Part shown: in pieces, positions 18,508-27,346 of the stretch
Position numbering within the stretch: the stretch's first letter is position 1
How the letters are laid out: every line of letters begins with the position of its first letter
Assembly (NCBI GenBank): GCA_028868375.1
Contig: JAGWUP010000009.1
Span: 32,538 to 96,537, forward strand
Direction of reading: 5' to 3'
Length of the DNA: 64,000 nt
Source of the DNA: Elusimicrobiota bacterium
GTDB lineage: Bacteria > Elusimicrobiota > Elusimicrobia > UBA1565 > UBA9628
Notes under the pieces: generated by a model
Databases searched by the model: none
The model's input: only the letters and a program-made list of their open reading frames with translations
What the model was told of the DNA's origin: nothing
Translations under genes and position numbers: made by a program

Positions 18508-21419
18508 CAGGCCTTCTCGCTGTCGTTGCGCACCTTGGTCTGGTAGAACACGGAGGGGCCGACGCCGAGCTCCGCCAGCACGCGATAGCTGCGCGAGCGC
18601 CGCGCCACCTTGGCCACGCGGCTGTCCGGATCGTTCATGTCTCCGAAGACGATCGCCTGCGCCGGGCAGCTTTGGGCGCAGGCCGGGGTGATGTCGCCGT
18701 CCTTGAGGACGCGATCGTCCTCGCGCGCCTGGAACTTGCCGGAATAAATCCTCTGGACGCAGAAGTTGCACTTTTCCATGACGCCGCGCTGGCGGACGGT
18801 GACGTCCGGATTGAGGGCGAGATTCTGGACCAGGTCCTGATGCGCGTAGTCGAACCAATTGAAGCGCCGGACCTTGTAGGGGCAGTTGTTCTCGCAGTAG
18901 CGGGTTCCCACGCAGCGGTTGTAGACCTGCATGTTGAGGCCCTCGCTGGAATGGACGGTGGCCAGCACCGGACAGACCGTCTCGCAGGGGGCGTTGTCGC
19001 AGTGCTGGCAGAGCATCGGCTGGAAAGCGACCTGCGGGCTTGCCTGCGGCTGTCCCGGAGCGCCGGAGTAATAGCGGTCGATGCGGATCCAGGACATGTC
19101 GCGGCCCTTGCGCACCTCGGCCTTGCCGACGACGGGGACATTGTTCTCCACCTGGCAGGCGATGACGCAGGCGGAGCAGCCGGAGCAGGAGTTCAAGTCG
19201 ATGGCCATGCCCCACTTATGCCCCGGGTACTTATGCCGCGGCCAAAGCTCTTCTTCTTTTTTCGGCGGTGGATTTCCGCTGTGCGGATCCAGGCGGTAGG
19301 CCGACTCCGTCGTCTCTTGCACGATATTCCGCTTCTGTCCCAGCAGCGGATCGGTCTCGAAATCGTAGATCTGGACCTTCGACAAGGGGCTGGTCCGGTC
19401 CGTCGCGGCAAGCGTCACCGCGCCCGAGGCGACGAAGGGCCGGATGTTCGCTCCCGCGAGGAGATCCTTCTCGATGGGGAACAGCTTGACGGTCGGGTAA
19501 TTCGCCGCGACCTTGCCCGCCCCCGTGCGGCCGTAGCCGAAGGCGACGGCCGCCACCCCCGGGGTCTGTCCCAGCTGCACGTAGGCCGGCAGCTCCGCCG
19601 AGCGGGCGCCATCGGACAGCCGCAGGACGCGGCCCTCCTCGACGCCCATGCGCTTGGCATCCTCGGGGGCCAGGCAGACGTAATTGCCCCAGGAGGCGCG
19701 GGTGACCGGATCGGAGAGCTCCTGGAGCCAGGGGTTGTTCGCCTGACGCCCATCGGCCAAGGCCACCGAGGCATAGGCAGCCAACTCAAAGGCTCCCGCC
19801 GCGGCGGGCTTGCGCGCCGGCTTCAAGCTGGAGACGGCACGGGCGGAGAAGTGCGCGGCCGGCATCCTAGGCTCGTCGGCCAGCACGACGCCTTTCTGCA
19901 GGGAGTCGCGCCAAAAAGCCTCGAAGCCATGGGCGCCATGGACATGGGGATAGACCTTGCGGCGCCAGAAGCCCTTGATGAAATCGTGGCCGCTGCTTCG
20001 ATCGCCGGACCAGCGCAGCACCGCCTCCAAGGCCGGACGGCTGTCGAAAAGCGGGGCGATCGTGGGCTGCTGGAGGCTGTAGACTCCGGAAACGGGCCGA
20101 GAGTCCCCGAAGGCTTCAAGCGAGTGCGAAAGCGGGGCGGCGATGCGGCAGAGGGAAGCCGTCTCGTCCAGGCGGTCGGCGAGGGCCACGGACAGCCCGA
20201 CTTTCTTGAGCCCTTCCTTGAACTCCTCGGCGCGGCCCAAATCGTAGACGGGATTGGCGTCGAGAACGATCAGGACGTCGACGGCGCCGCGGCCCATCTG
20301 CGCCAGCAGCTCGGAGACCGCGGAGTCGTCTCCTTGCGCCTGGCGGGAGGGGCGCTCGATGTCGATCGTCCTGCCGTAGGCGCCGAGCATCGCGTTGATC
20401 CAATTGACCAGTATCTGAACCGCCGGATCGTTGGAGCCGCTGACGACCAAAGCGTTCCTGCCGGCCTTGGAAAGAGCCCCCGCCGTCCGCTCGAGCGTCC
20501 CCTGATCCACCCCGCAAGCGCCTTCGACGGCGGGAAGCGGTCCTGTCCAGCCGGTATGGCTGGCGACCAAGCGGCCCAGGGCCGCCACGGCCGAGAACTC
20601 CTGGGAGGGCAGAAGTCCGGCGCGCAAATCGGCGTTAGCCCCCGTCACGGAGAGGCGGGGCTCGAACTGGGCATGCCACGACATTCCGCCCTGAGGCTGA
20701 TCCGGGCGGCGCCCCTTGGACCAGCCGCGGATGAATTCCACGGGGAAAAGCCACGCCCCCAGGAAATCCGCGTCGAAGCCGACGATGGCGCGCGCCTCGT
20801 CGAAGCGATAATGCGGCACGACGGCGCGGCCGTGGGTGCGGCGATGCGCCTCGGCGATCGCCCAGGAGGAAATGGGATCGTAAACGACCCGGCGAAGCGA
20901 CGGATAACGGCGCGCCATCCGTTCGATGGCCGCGTCCAGCGAGGGGCTGGTCGAGGTCCGGCCAAGGATGCGGACGGATTTAGCCGACCTCAGGCGCCGC
21001 CGGACCTCGGCGTCCACCGTCGCCCAGCTCGCCTCGCCGCCTCCGATGAGCGGCTGGCGCAGGCGCTCCGAATCGTAGAGGTCCAGGATCGTAGCCTGTC
21101 CCCGCGCGCACAAGCCGCCGCGCGACAAGGGATGGTCGGGATTGCCCTCCAGCTTGATCGGCCTGCCGTCCCGGCTCTTGACCAGGACGCCGCAGGCGGA
21201 ACTGCAGCCGCCGCAGGTGGAGGCGAACCACAAGGCCTTGCCGGCGACAGCGTCCTCGGGCTGCCGGACGTAGGGCAGAATCTTCTCGACCGGGGTGCGC
21301 AGCTTGCAGCCCGCCATCGATAGGGCGGCGAAGCTCGCTCCCAAGAACTCCAGAAAATCGCGGCGCGTCAGGCCGTCAGCCTTGTCGTCGGCGCCGGCCT
21401 TGGCGGCATCGTCTTCCAT
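18507..21419 (-). CDS. actB: alternative complex III subunit ActB (molybdopterin-oxidoreductase-like plus 4Fe-4S ferredoxin-like fusion, Tat-exported)
   Basis: Twin-arginine signal TRRDFLEFLGASFAAL, a MopB-like domain, then a C-terminal polyferredoxin region with repeated CxxCxxCxxxCP motifs (CSGCSACVIAC, CQHCDNAPCETVCP, CNFCVQRI). Start chosen at Met39 of the ORF. Confidence 0.85.
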   Translation of the reverse strand: MEDDAAKAGADDKADGLTRRDFLEFLGASFAALSMAGCKLRTPVEKILPYVRQPEDAVAGKALWFASTCGGCSSACGVLVKSRDGRPIKLEGNPDHPLSRGGLCARGQATILDLYDSERLRQPLIGGGEASWATVDAEVRRRLRSAKSVRILGRTSTSPSLDAAIERMARRYPSLRRVVYDPISSWAIAEAHRRTHGRAVVPHYRFDEARAIVGFDADFLGAWLFPVEFIRGWSKGRRPDQPQGGMSWHAQFEPRLSVTGANADLRAGLLPSQEFSAVAALGRLVASHTGWTGPLPAVEGACGVDQGTLERTAGALSKAGRNALVVSGSNDPAVQILVNWINAMLGAYGRTIDIERPSRQAQGDDSAVSELLAQMGRGAVDVLIVLDANPVYDLGRAEEFKEGLKKVGLSVALADRLDETASLCRIAAPLSHSLEAFGDSRPVSGVYSLQQPTIAPLFDSRPALEAVLRWSGDRSSGHDFIKGFWRRKVYPHVHGAHGFEAFWRDSLQKGVVLADEPRMPAAHFSARAVSSLKPARKPAAAGAFELAAYASVALADGRQANNPWLQELSDPVTRASWGNYVCLAPEDAKRMGVEEGRVLRLSDGARSAELPAYVQLGQTPGVAAVAFGYGRTGAGKVAANYPTVKLFPIEKDLLAGANIRPFVASGAVTLAATDRTSPLSKVQIYDFETDPLLGQKRNIVQETTESAYRLDPHSGNPPPKKEEELWPRHKYPGHKWGMAIDLNSCSGCSACVIACQVENNVPVVGKAEVRKGRDMSWIRIDRYYSGAPGQPQASPQVAFQPMLCQHCDNAPCETVCPVLATVHSSEGLNMQVYNRCVGTRYCENNCPYKVRRFNWFDYAHQDLVQNLALNPDVTVRQRGVMEKCNFCVQRIYSGKFQAREDDRVLKDGDITPACAQSCPAQAIVFGDMNDPDSRVAKVARRSRSYRVLAELGVGPSVFYQTKVRNDSEKA

Positions 21420-21439
21420 GATCTTTTCGCCTGTCTCGC

Positions 21440-22330
21440 TCACCAGTGGCATGCCGCGCAGTCGGTCGGCCCCCCCACGCGTTTCCAATGCGTCGGCGCC
21501 TGTCCGGGACGCAGGCGATGGCATTGGATGCACCAGCCCATCGACAGACTAGCCGCCTGCCTCACCCGATCCATTTTCTGGATCGGTCCGTGGCACTCCT
21601 GGCACTGGATGCCGTTGGCGATGTGGACACGGTGGCTGAAATGGGCGAAGTCCGGAAGATGGTGCACCCGCACCCACGGGATCGTCGCCGCCTCGGGAGT
21701 GGCGCGGGCATCCCAAAAATGGAGCAGCTTCGCGATCTCGGCGGACGGCTCCTTGGATCCCGCCATCCCCTTGACCACGTTATGGCAGTTCATGCAGACG
21801 CTGACCGCCGGCACCCCCGCCACGTCGCTGCTGCGAGCCCCATAGTGGCAATAGAAACAGGAAATCTTGAGCTTCCCCGCATGGATGGCGTGCGAAAAGG
21901 CGATCGGCTGCACCGGCTCGTAGCCTTGCTGATTGCCGAGCAGATGGAAATAGCGGCGCCCGCCCAAGGACAGGTAGGCGCAGAGTATCGCCAGCAAGGC
22001 CAGCACCAATGGAGCGCCTCGGACGCCGAACTGCCAGGCCCAAATCATCCCCGCCAGCAGCACCAAGGAAAAGGCGATGCCGGGCCAATAAATCGAGAAG
22101 CCCTCGTCGGGCGTCTTCACCTTGTCGGCCAGCGGCTCTTGCGGCAAGAGCTGCTGATCCAGGGAAGCCGCCGGGTCGCGATGACCCGGGACGACCGCAT
22201 GGTAGCGCAAGGTCTGCGCGCTCTTTCGTTTCGGGGCGTGACCCGTCCCCGCGACCGCTGGCCCCGCGGCCGCCAAGACGAGGAGCCAGGCCCACTTCAT
22301 TCGCCGAGTTCTCGCATGTCGCCTACCCAT
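21440..22330 (-). CDS. actA: alternative complex III subunit ActA, pentaheme c-type cytochrome
   Basis: Five CxxCH motifs (CFYCH, CMNCH, CQECH, CIQCH, CAACH) and an N-terminal signal/anchor. The start may be Met11 at 22300, given the position of the sigma-54 promoter. Confidence 0.85.
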   Translation of the reverse strand: MGRRHARTRRMKWAWLLVLAAAGPAVAGTGHAPKRKSAQTLRYHAVVPGHRDPAASLDQQLLPQEPLADKVKTPDEGFSIYWPGIAFSLVLLAGMIWAWQFGVRGAPLVLALLAILCAYLSLGGRRYFHLLGNQQGYEPVQPIAFSHAIHAGKLKISCFYCHYGARSSDVAGVPAVSVCMNCHNVVKGMAGSKEPSAEIAKLLHFWDARATPEAATIPWVRVHHLPDFAHFSHRVHIANGIQCQECHGPIQKMDRVRQAASLSMGWCIQCHRLRPGQAPTHWKRVGGPTDCAACHW

Positions 22331-22348
22331 TGATGCGTGGGGGTATCA

Positions 22349-22364
22349 GGCAACACTCTTGCCA
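22349..22364 (-). promoter_or_regulatory. sigma-54 (-24/-12) promoter TGGCAagagtgTTGCC upstream of actA
   Basis: Exact GG-N10-GC spacing with TGGCA and TTGC elements on the minus strand, 20-50 nt upstream of the candidate actA start codons. Confidence 0.6.
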
Positions 22365-22414
22365 TCGAACGCGGCAAATAAACGCATTTATTCTGAAATT
22401 ATTCTAAAAGCGCA

Positions 22415-22447
22415 GGAATAGATTCCAAGGGATTTAAAATAAATCCC
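22415..22447. promoter_or_regulatory. two adjacent palindromes (GGAATAGATTCC and GGGATTTAAAATAAATCCC) in an AT-rich region 50-85 bp upstream of the actA sigma-54 promoter; candidate activator (UAS) sites
   Basis: Perfect inverted repeats read from the sequence, in the position expected for bacterial enhancer-binding protein sites. Confidence 0.4.
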
Positions 22448-22478
22448 GGTCCGATACCGGCAGTCGCGAGGCCCGATC

Positions 22479-23024
22479 TCACTTGCTGGATCCCTTCGCC
22501 TCCGGTCCCTTCGTTTTCTCTTTGGCCTCCGGTTTCTTTGCTTCCTCCTTGAGCTTCTGCTTGATCAGGTCCGCCTTGCGAACCGATGAATCGTAGATCA
22601 AGAAGGCTGTGATCTTGTCTTCGTCCTTGTCGCTGATCCCGGAATGCCTCTTATGCCGCATCTTGCTCACGTAAGCCTTCCATTCCTCCGGCAAGGCGTA
22701 ATGCGAGTTGATCGGACGCGCCAAGGTATGGCAGCGCGAGCATTTTTGGGCGAAGACCTTGTAATTCTTCTGCTGCTCGGGCGGATACTTGGAGACGTCG
22801 ATGGTGTCCGGTCCGTTGTCGAACGGACAGACGCTGTTGCCGTCCTCGTCGAGCTTGCACTCGCTGCCCGGAATCGGCGTCAGCTTCTGCGCCGCCTGCC
22901 CGGAGTCGCCGTCGGCCCAAGCCGTCCCGCGGCCAACCGCCAGCCAGCCGCCGGCAAGCAAGACCGCGGCGACTCCGACGCTCTTTACAGTCCGCCAACC
23001 GCTAGAAGTCATCCTTCCCTCCAT
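22479..23024 (-). CDS. small secreted monoheme cytochrome c-like protein with Lys-rich C-terminal tail
   Basis: Signal peptide, a single CSRCH motif and a tail KEEAKKPEAKEKTKGPEAKGSSK. Lies 26 nt downstream of the cyc2-like gene. Confidence 0.55.
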   Translation of the reverse strand: MEGRMTSSGWRTVKSVGVAAVLLAGGWLAVGRGTAWADGDSGQAAQKLTPIPGSECKLDEDGNSVCPFDNGPDTIDVSKYPPEQQKNYKVFAQKCSRCHTLARPINSHYALPEEWKAYVSKMRHKRHSGISDKDEDKITAFLIYDSSVRKADLIKQKLKEEAKKPEAKEKTKGPEAKGSSK

Positions 23025-23049
23025 GCATCCCGCTGGCCGCGACGCCGGC

Positions 23050-24417
23050 CTAGAAGCCCACCTCCACCTGCAGGCTGGCCCGATCGCCGTGCACCGCCAG
23101 AGTGCCCGCGGTTGCGGTCAGCGTCCCGCCCTGGTAACCCCGCGTCGTGTCCACGGAGTACTCGGCGAAAGCCTTCACGTTGGGCTGGAAATAATGCGCC
23201 AGGTGGAAGGTGATGTAATTGAACTGCTGCGTGCCGTTGAAGGTCGTGTACCAGTTCTCGCGAATCAACGGCATCAGGAACGGATATGCCTCGTTGCCCC
23301 TCTTGTAGGCATAGGCCAACTCGGCGTAGGCCGCGCGATCCGTCGCAGTGGCCCCGTCGAAGGAGGGATCGCCCTCATGAGTGTAGGCGAAGGCTCCGCG
23401 CGCGGCGAAGTTGCCGATCTCCCAAAGGGCGTCGAAGCCGGTCCAGACGAACTGCTGCTTGGACAAGACTCCCGCCGTGCCCCCAGTGAAGCCGCTGGCG
23501 TCGCGAGGCCCCTCGTGGCCGTAGGACCCGAAGGCTCCGACCATCAGCCCGGAGTTGTTGTCGAAGGCCAGCCGCAGGTCTCCGTTGGTCGGCGCGTTGG
23601 CCTGCCGGCCCAGGTCGTCATCCTTGCTGGCGCCCGCCGCATAATAAAGGAACGCGGCGTTCGGCAGCGGAACCTGTCCGTAGACGTACATCGTCTGCTG
23701 CGTGCCGGTCAGGGAATTGCCGGCCACCGAGCTCTGATCCGGCTGCAGCAGGTCCGTCGCCCGGTTTGCGATCGTCGGGCTCTCCGCCGCGGACAGCGTC
23801 TGGTAGGGATCGTCGACGAAGAAACCGCGGCGCGCCAGCACCACGTTGAGCTGGTCATAGGGATGATAGCCGAAGCGCAGGTCGCCCAAACCCGGAGCGA
23901 AGCCGCCCGCTGCGTTGGCGTCCATCTCGCCGAAGTAGGAGATTTGCCTGGCCGCGTCTCCCCCCGCCACGAAGAAATCCACGTCGTTGAGCGGCTGGGA
24001 CTTGAAGCCGCCCGTGTTGGGACTCGCCGTGCCGCCCATCTGGCCTCCGGCGTTCGCGATGTTGCCGCGCCCGTTGTCGAAAGGCCGAGAGCGCACGATC
24101 ACCGCCCAGGGGAATATCTTCTCGATGCTCATCTGCTTATCGGAGCTCTTGAGCACGCCGACGTCGGAGTCCTTATCCCGGACGTAGCCGTTCATCTTGA
24201 ACTGCCGGCCGTAGGCGTTGAGGATCGGGAAGGCGTAATGGCATTGCGAGCAAGAGACTCCGTACTTGCGCGCGAAGGACGGAAGGGCCTGGACCGACTC
24301 GACGGCGCTGCGGCGCAGCGGGCAGAGGTGCTCGCACGTCTGATGCAGGGGCGGCAGCAGCCAAGCGACGGCCAATAGGACCGCCGCCAGAGCCGGGATC
24401 ATGAATTTCTTGGACAT
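23050..24417 (-). CDS. Cyc2-like fused monoheme cytochrome c / outer-membrane beta-barrel porin (candidate Fe(II) oxidase / extracellular electron transfer protein)
   Basis: GAGGAG RBS, signal peptide MSKKFMIPALAAVLLAVAWLL and the N-terminal motif LPSFARKYGVSCSQCHYAFPILNAYGRQFK carrying one CxxCH. About 400 aa of Gly/Tyr/Asp-rich amphipathic beta-strand sequence end in a terminal Phe (QVEVGF). Confidence 0.6.
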   Translation of the reverse strand: MSKKFMIPALAAVLLAVAWLLPPLHQTCEHLCPLRRSAVESVQALPSFARKYGVSCSQCHYAFPILNAYGRQFKMNGYVRDKDSDVGVLKSSDKQMSIEKIFPWAVIVRSRPFDNGRGNIANAGGQMGGTASPNTGGFKSQPLNDVDFFVAGGDAARQISYFGEMDANAAGGFAPGLGDLRFGYHPYDQLNVVLARRGFFVDDPYQTLSAAESPTIANRATDLLQPDQSSVAGNSLTGTQQTMYVYGQVPLPNAAFLYYAAGASKDDDLGRQANAPTNGDLRLAFDNNSGLMVGAFGSYGHEGPRDASGFTGGTAGVLSKQQFVWTGFDALWEIGNFAARGAFAYTHEGDPSFDGATATDRAAYAELAYAYKRGNEAYPFLMPLIRENWYTTFNGTQQFNYITFHLAHYFQPNVKAFAEYSVDTTRGYQGGTLTATAGTLAVHGDRASLQVEVGF

Positions 24418-24456
24418 AGTCTCCTCACTCGATGGATGATGTTGTTCTGCGCACAC

Positions 24457-24472
24457 AGCAACATTTTTGCCA
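24457..24472 (-). promoter_or_regulatory. sigma-54 (-24/-12) promoter TGGCAaaaatgTTGCT upstream of the cyc2-like gene
   Basis: Consensus spacing, located about 40 nt upstream of the ATG and directly downstream of the NtrC-family regulator gene. GATTCC...GGAATTTC repeats lie 40-75 bp further upstream (24509-24534). Confidence 0.6.
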
Positions 24473-24552
24473 AAGAACGCGTCAAAATATCATATTTCCC
24501 GACTGGATGATTCCAATCCAAAGAGAGGAATTTCTAAAAAGCTTGAAAAAGC

Positions 24553-25926
24553 TCAGCGGTAGAGCCGCGGCTGGAGGCCGTATTTCTTAAGGTACCAATA
24601 CAAGTTGCTCAGCGGCAGGGCCGCGGCCTGGGCCGCCGCCTTGGCGTTGCCGTGGTGTTCCTTAAGGAGAGCGTCGAAGTATTCCCGCTCGAAGGCCTGG
24701 ATGCCCTGCCTCTTTCGCTCCACGAACCCCCCCCGCGCCTCGAGCGGCTCCGTCGGAGCCGAGACGAGGTTCTCGGGAAGGTCCTCGGGCCGCAGGAGGC
24801 TGCGGCCGCACAGCAGGATGGAGCGCTTGAGGACGTTCTGCAGCTCGCGGATGTTTCCGGGCCAGGAGTAGCTCGTCAAAATCTCCAGCGCCGCGGGGTC
24901 GACGCGCAAAACGTTCGAGTCCAGCTCCTTGGAGTAGCGCGGCAGGAAATGCTCCAGCAGCAGCCGTATGTCGTCCGGGCGCTCGCGCAGCGGAGGCACG
25001 CGGATGGCGACCACGTTCAAGCGATAGAAGAGATCGGAGCGGAAGCGCCCCGCCGCGACGTCCGCCTTCAAGTCGCGATTGGTGGCGGCGACGACGCGCA
25101 CGTCGACGCTTTGGACCTCGTTGCCTCCGACCCGGCGAAATTGCCGCTCCTGGAGCGCGCGCAGGAGCTTGGCCTGCAGCCCTCCCGGCAATTCCCCCAC
25201 CTCGTCCATGAAGAAAGTGCCGTGGTCGGCGAACTCCAGGAGCCCCGGAGCGGCCTCTCCCGCGTCGGTGTAGGCCCCGCGCTCGTGGCCGAAGAACTCG
25301 TTTTCAAGCAGGTTCTCCGGGATCGCGCCGCAGTCCACCGGCACGAAGCGCCCACGCCTGCCGGAGCGCGCGTGCAGGCGCCGCGCGATGAGCTCCTTGC
25401 CGGTTCCCGACTCGCCCAGGATCAGCACGTCCGCCGCCGTCGCCGCCACCTTGTCGACCAGCGCCAAGACCTCCAGAATGCTGGGGCTGGCGCCCACGAT
25501 GCCGTCGGTAGCGTATTCCCGGGTGAGGTGCCTGGTGAGCAGGCGATGCTCCCCCTTGAGCCGCCTCTGCTCCAAGGCGCGCGCCACCTTCAGGCGCAGG
25601 TCGTCGGGGTGGAAGGGCTTGATCAAGTAGTCCAGCGCCCCGTCGCGCAGCGCCTGCACGGCGGATTCGACGCCCGGGAAAGCCGTGATCAGGATGAAGG
25701 GAAGCTCGGCGTCCGTCTTCTTGGCGGCGCGCAAAAGCTCCAGGCCGCTTAAACCCGGCATGTTGATGTCGGCCACCACCGCGTCGAACGTTCCCCGGGT
25801 CAAGCGCTCCAGGGCGCGCGGCGCATCCGCCTCCAGCACGACGTTGACGGCCTCCCGCGAGAGCGCGGCCTTGCAGGTCGAGAGCATGTCCCTCTCGTCG
25901 TCGACGACGAGGACGCTCTGGGTCAC
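24553..25926 (-). CDS. sigma-54-dependent response regulator (NtrC/AtoC family: REC + AAA+ + Fis HTH)
   Basis: REC domain (VLVVDDERDM, phospho-Asp), AAA+ Walker A GESGTGKE, the GAFTGA-like ENEFFGHERGAYTDA sigma-54 contact loop, and a C-terminal HTH. Confidence 0.9.
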   Translation of the reverse strand: MTQSVLVVDDERDMLSTCKAALSREAVNVVLEADAPRALERLTRGTFDAVVADINMPGLSGLELLRAAKKTDAELPFILITAFPGVESAVQALRDGALDYLIKPFHPDDLRLKVARALEQRRLKGEHRLLTRHLTREYATDGIVGASPSILEVLALVDKVAATAADVLILGESGTGKELIARRLHARSGRRGRFVPVDCGAIPENLLENEFFGHERGAYTDAGEAAPGLLEFADHGTFFMDEVGELPGGLQAKLLRALQERQFRRVGGNEVQSVDVRVVAATNRDLKADVAAGRFRSDLFYRLNVVAIRVPPLRERPDDIRLLLEHFLPRYSKELDSNVLRVDPAALEILTSYSWPGNIRELQNVLKRSILLCGRSLLRPEDLPENLVSAPTEPLEARGGFVERKRQGIQAFEREYFDALLKEHHGNAKAAAQAAALPLSNLYWYLKKYGLQPRLYR

Positions 25927-27287
25927 GGCGCCGGAGCCCCCGGAGCGGGAAAGCGGATGGTGAAGCTCGCCCCCCGGCCGACGCCCCCGTCCACCAGGAT
26001 TTCCCCGCCGTGCGCCTTGACGAAGGACAGGGAGATCGGCAGGCCCAGGCCGGTCCCGTGGTCGGCCGTCTTGGTCGAGAAAAGGGGCTCGAAGATCTTG
26101 CGCAGATGCTCCGGCGCGATGCCTTCCCCGGTGTCCGAGATCACCGTCTCGATCCAGCCGCCCGCCTCGCGCGTGGCGGCGCCGAGCCGGCCCCCGCGAG
26201 GCATGGCCTCGATCGCGTTATGGATCACGTTCAGGTAGGCATGAAAGAGGTCGTCGTAGCTGGCCCGCACCGGCGCGACGGCGCGCAAATCGCGGCGGAC
26301 CTCTATGCCGCGGGCGCGCGCCTGCGCCGCGCTCGTGGCCAAGGCGTCGCAGAGCACCTCGTTGACGTCCACCTCGCCGCGCGGCTCGGAGGAAGGCTTG
26401 AGCAGGCGCAGCAGGCGCTGCACGACCCGGCCCACGCGATCGCTCTGGCGGTCGACGATCTCCAGGGACTCCTCAAGGAACTCCCCGGAGCGAAACTCCG
26501 GGGAGCCGGAGCGCAGCAGCTTCATGCGCGCGGAGATGATCCCGATGGGGTTATTGACCTCGTGCGCGATGAAGCCGACGATCTGCCCCAAAGCGCCCAG
26601 CCGCTCGGCCTTGAGCAGCCGCTCCTGGCTGTCGCGCAGCCTGCCCATGATCGTCGTGATGAAGTAGGCCGTGCCGGCCAATAGCCCCAGGAAGGTCGCC
26701 GTCATGCCCACGACCTCCCTCAGCCGCTCCGGGCTGGCGAACGCCAGCAGGCGGTAGTGAGGCCAGAGGCCGGCGTACTCGCCGAAGCTCAGGCAGCAGA
26801 AGAGGCCCCCCGCCATGGCGGTCACCAGCCAGGCGTCGGAGACCGACAGGAGAATCCCCGCCATCAAAACGTGGAAGACGTAGAGAACGTACAGGGGGTT
26901 CTCCAGCCCTCCTGAAAAATGGAGCAGAAAGGTCAGCAAGACCAGGTCGAAGGCCATCTGCGCCAGCAGGAATGGGCGCTGCCGGCGCAGCCTGGAGCGC
27001 AGGGACAGGAAAGCGAAATTCCCGAGCAGGATGGCCGCCACGCATGTCCAGAGCGGCGCGGCCAAGGAGGGATCGACCCAGCCCAGGACGTGGGCGGCTA
27101 AAAAGACCGTCACGCCGGCCGCGGTCGCCGCCACGCCGCGCATGCGGATAAGCCAATCGGCCGGGCCGCGGCCGCTGCCGGCCGCCTCGGCGCCGATGAT
27201 CAGGGGAAGCTCCGGCGCCAGCCGCCGTCCCATCACCGCCGCGCCGACGGCCACCAGGCAGAGCAGGACGCCTAGGCCTTCGAGCAT
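25923..27287 (-). CDS. membrane sensor histidine kinase
   Basis: About 6 N-terminal TM helices, H-box FIAHEVNNPIG, and an HATPase_c with N, G1 (DTGEGI) and G2 (GTGLGL) boxes. Overlaps the regulator gene start. Confidence 0.85.
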   Translation of the reverse strand: MLEGLGVLLCLVAVGAAVMGRRLAPELPLIIGAEAAGSGRGPADWLIRMRGVAATAAGVTVFLAAHVLGWVDPSLAAPLWTCVAAILLGNFAFLSLRSRLRRQRPFLLAQMAFDLVLLTFLLHFSGGLENPLYVLYVFHVLMAGILLSVSDAWLVTAMAGGLFCCLSFGEYAGLWPHYRLLAFASPERLREVVGMTATFLGLLAGTAYFITTIMGRLRDSQERLLKAERLGALGQIVGFIAHEVNNPIGIISARMKLLRSGSPEFRSGEFLEESLEIVDRQSDRVGRVVQRLLRLLKPSSEPRGEVDVNEVLCDALATSAAQARARGIEVRRDLRAVAPVRASYDDLFHAYLNVIHNAIEAMPRGGRLGAATREAGGWIETVISDTGEGIAPEHLRKIFEPLFSTKTADHGTGLGLPISLSFVKAHGGEILVDGGVGRGASFTIRFPAPGAPAP

Positions 27288-27346
27288 ATCTGGCGGTTAT
27301 TTTAGCGAAATTCCCCCAACCGCGGCCAGACACGGACGCAAGCCGG

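Noticed and set aside
18498-21323. 941-aa plus-strand ORF
   Set aside because: It is antisense to actB. ActB is strongly supported by its Tat signal, MopB and ferredoxin motifs.
22789-24378. 529-aa plus-strand ORF
   Set aside because: It is antisense to the cyc2-like gene, which has an RBS, a signal peptide, a heme motif and a terminal Phe.
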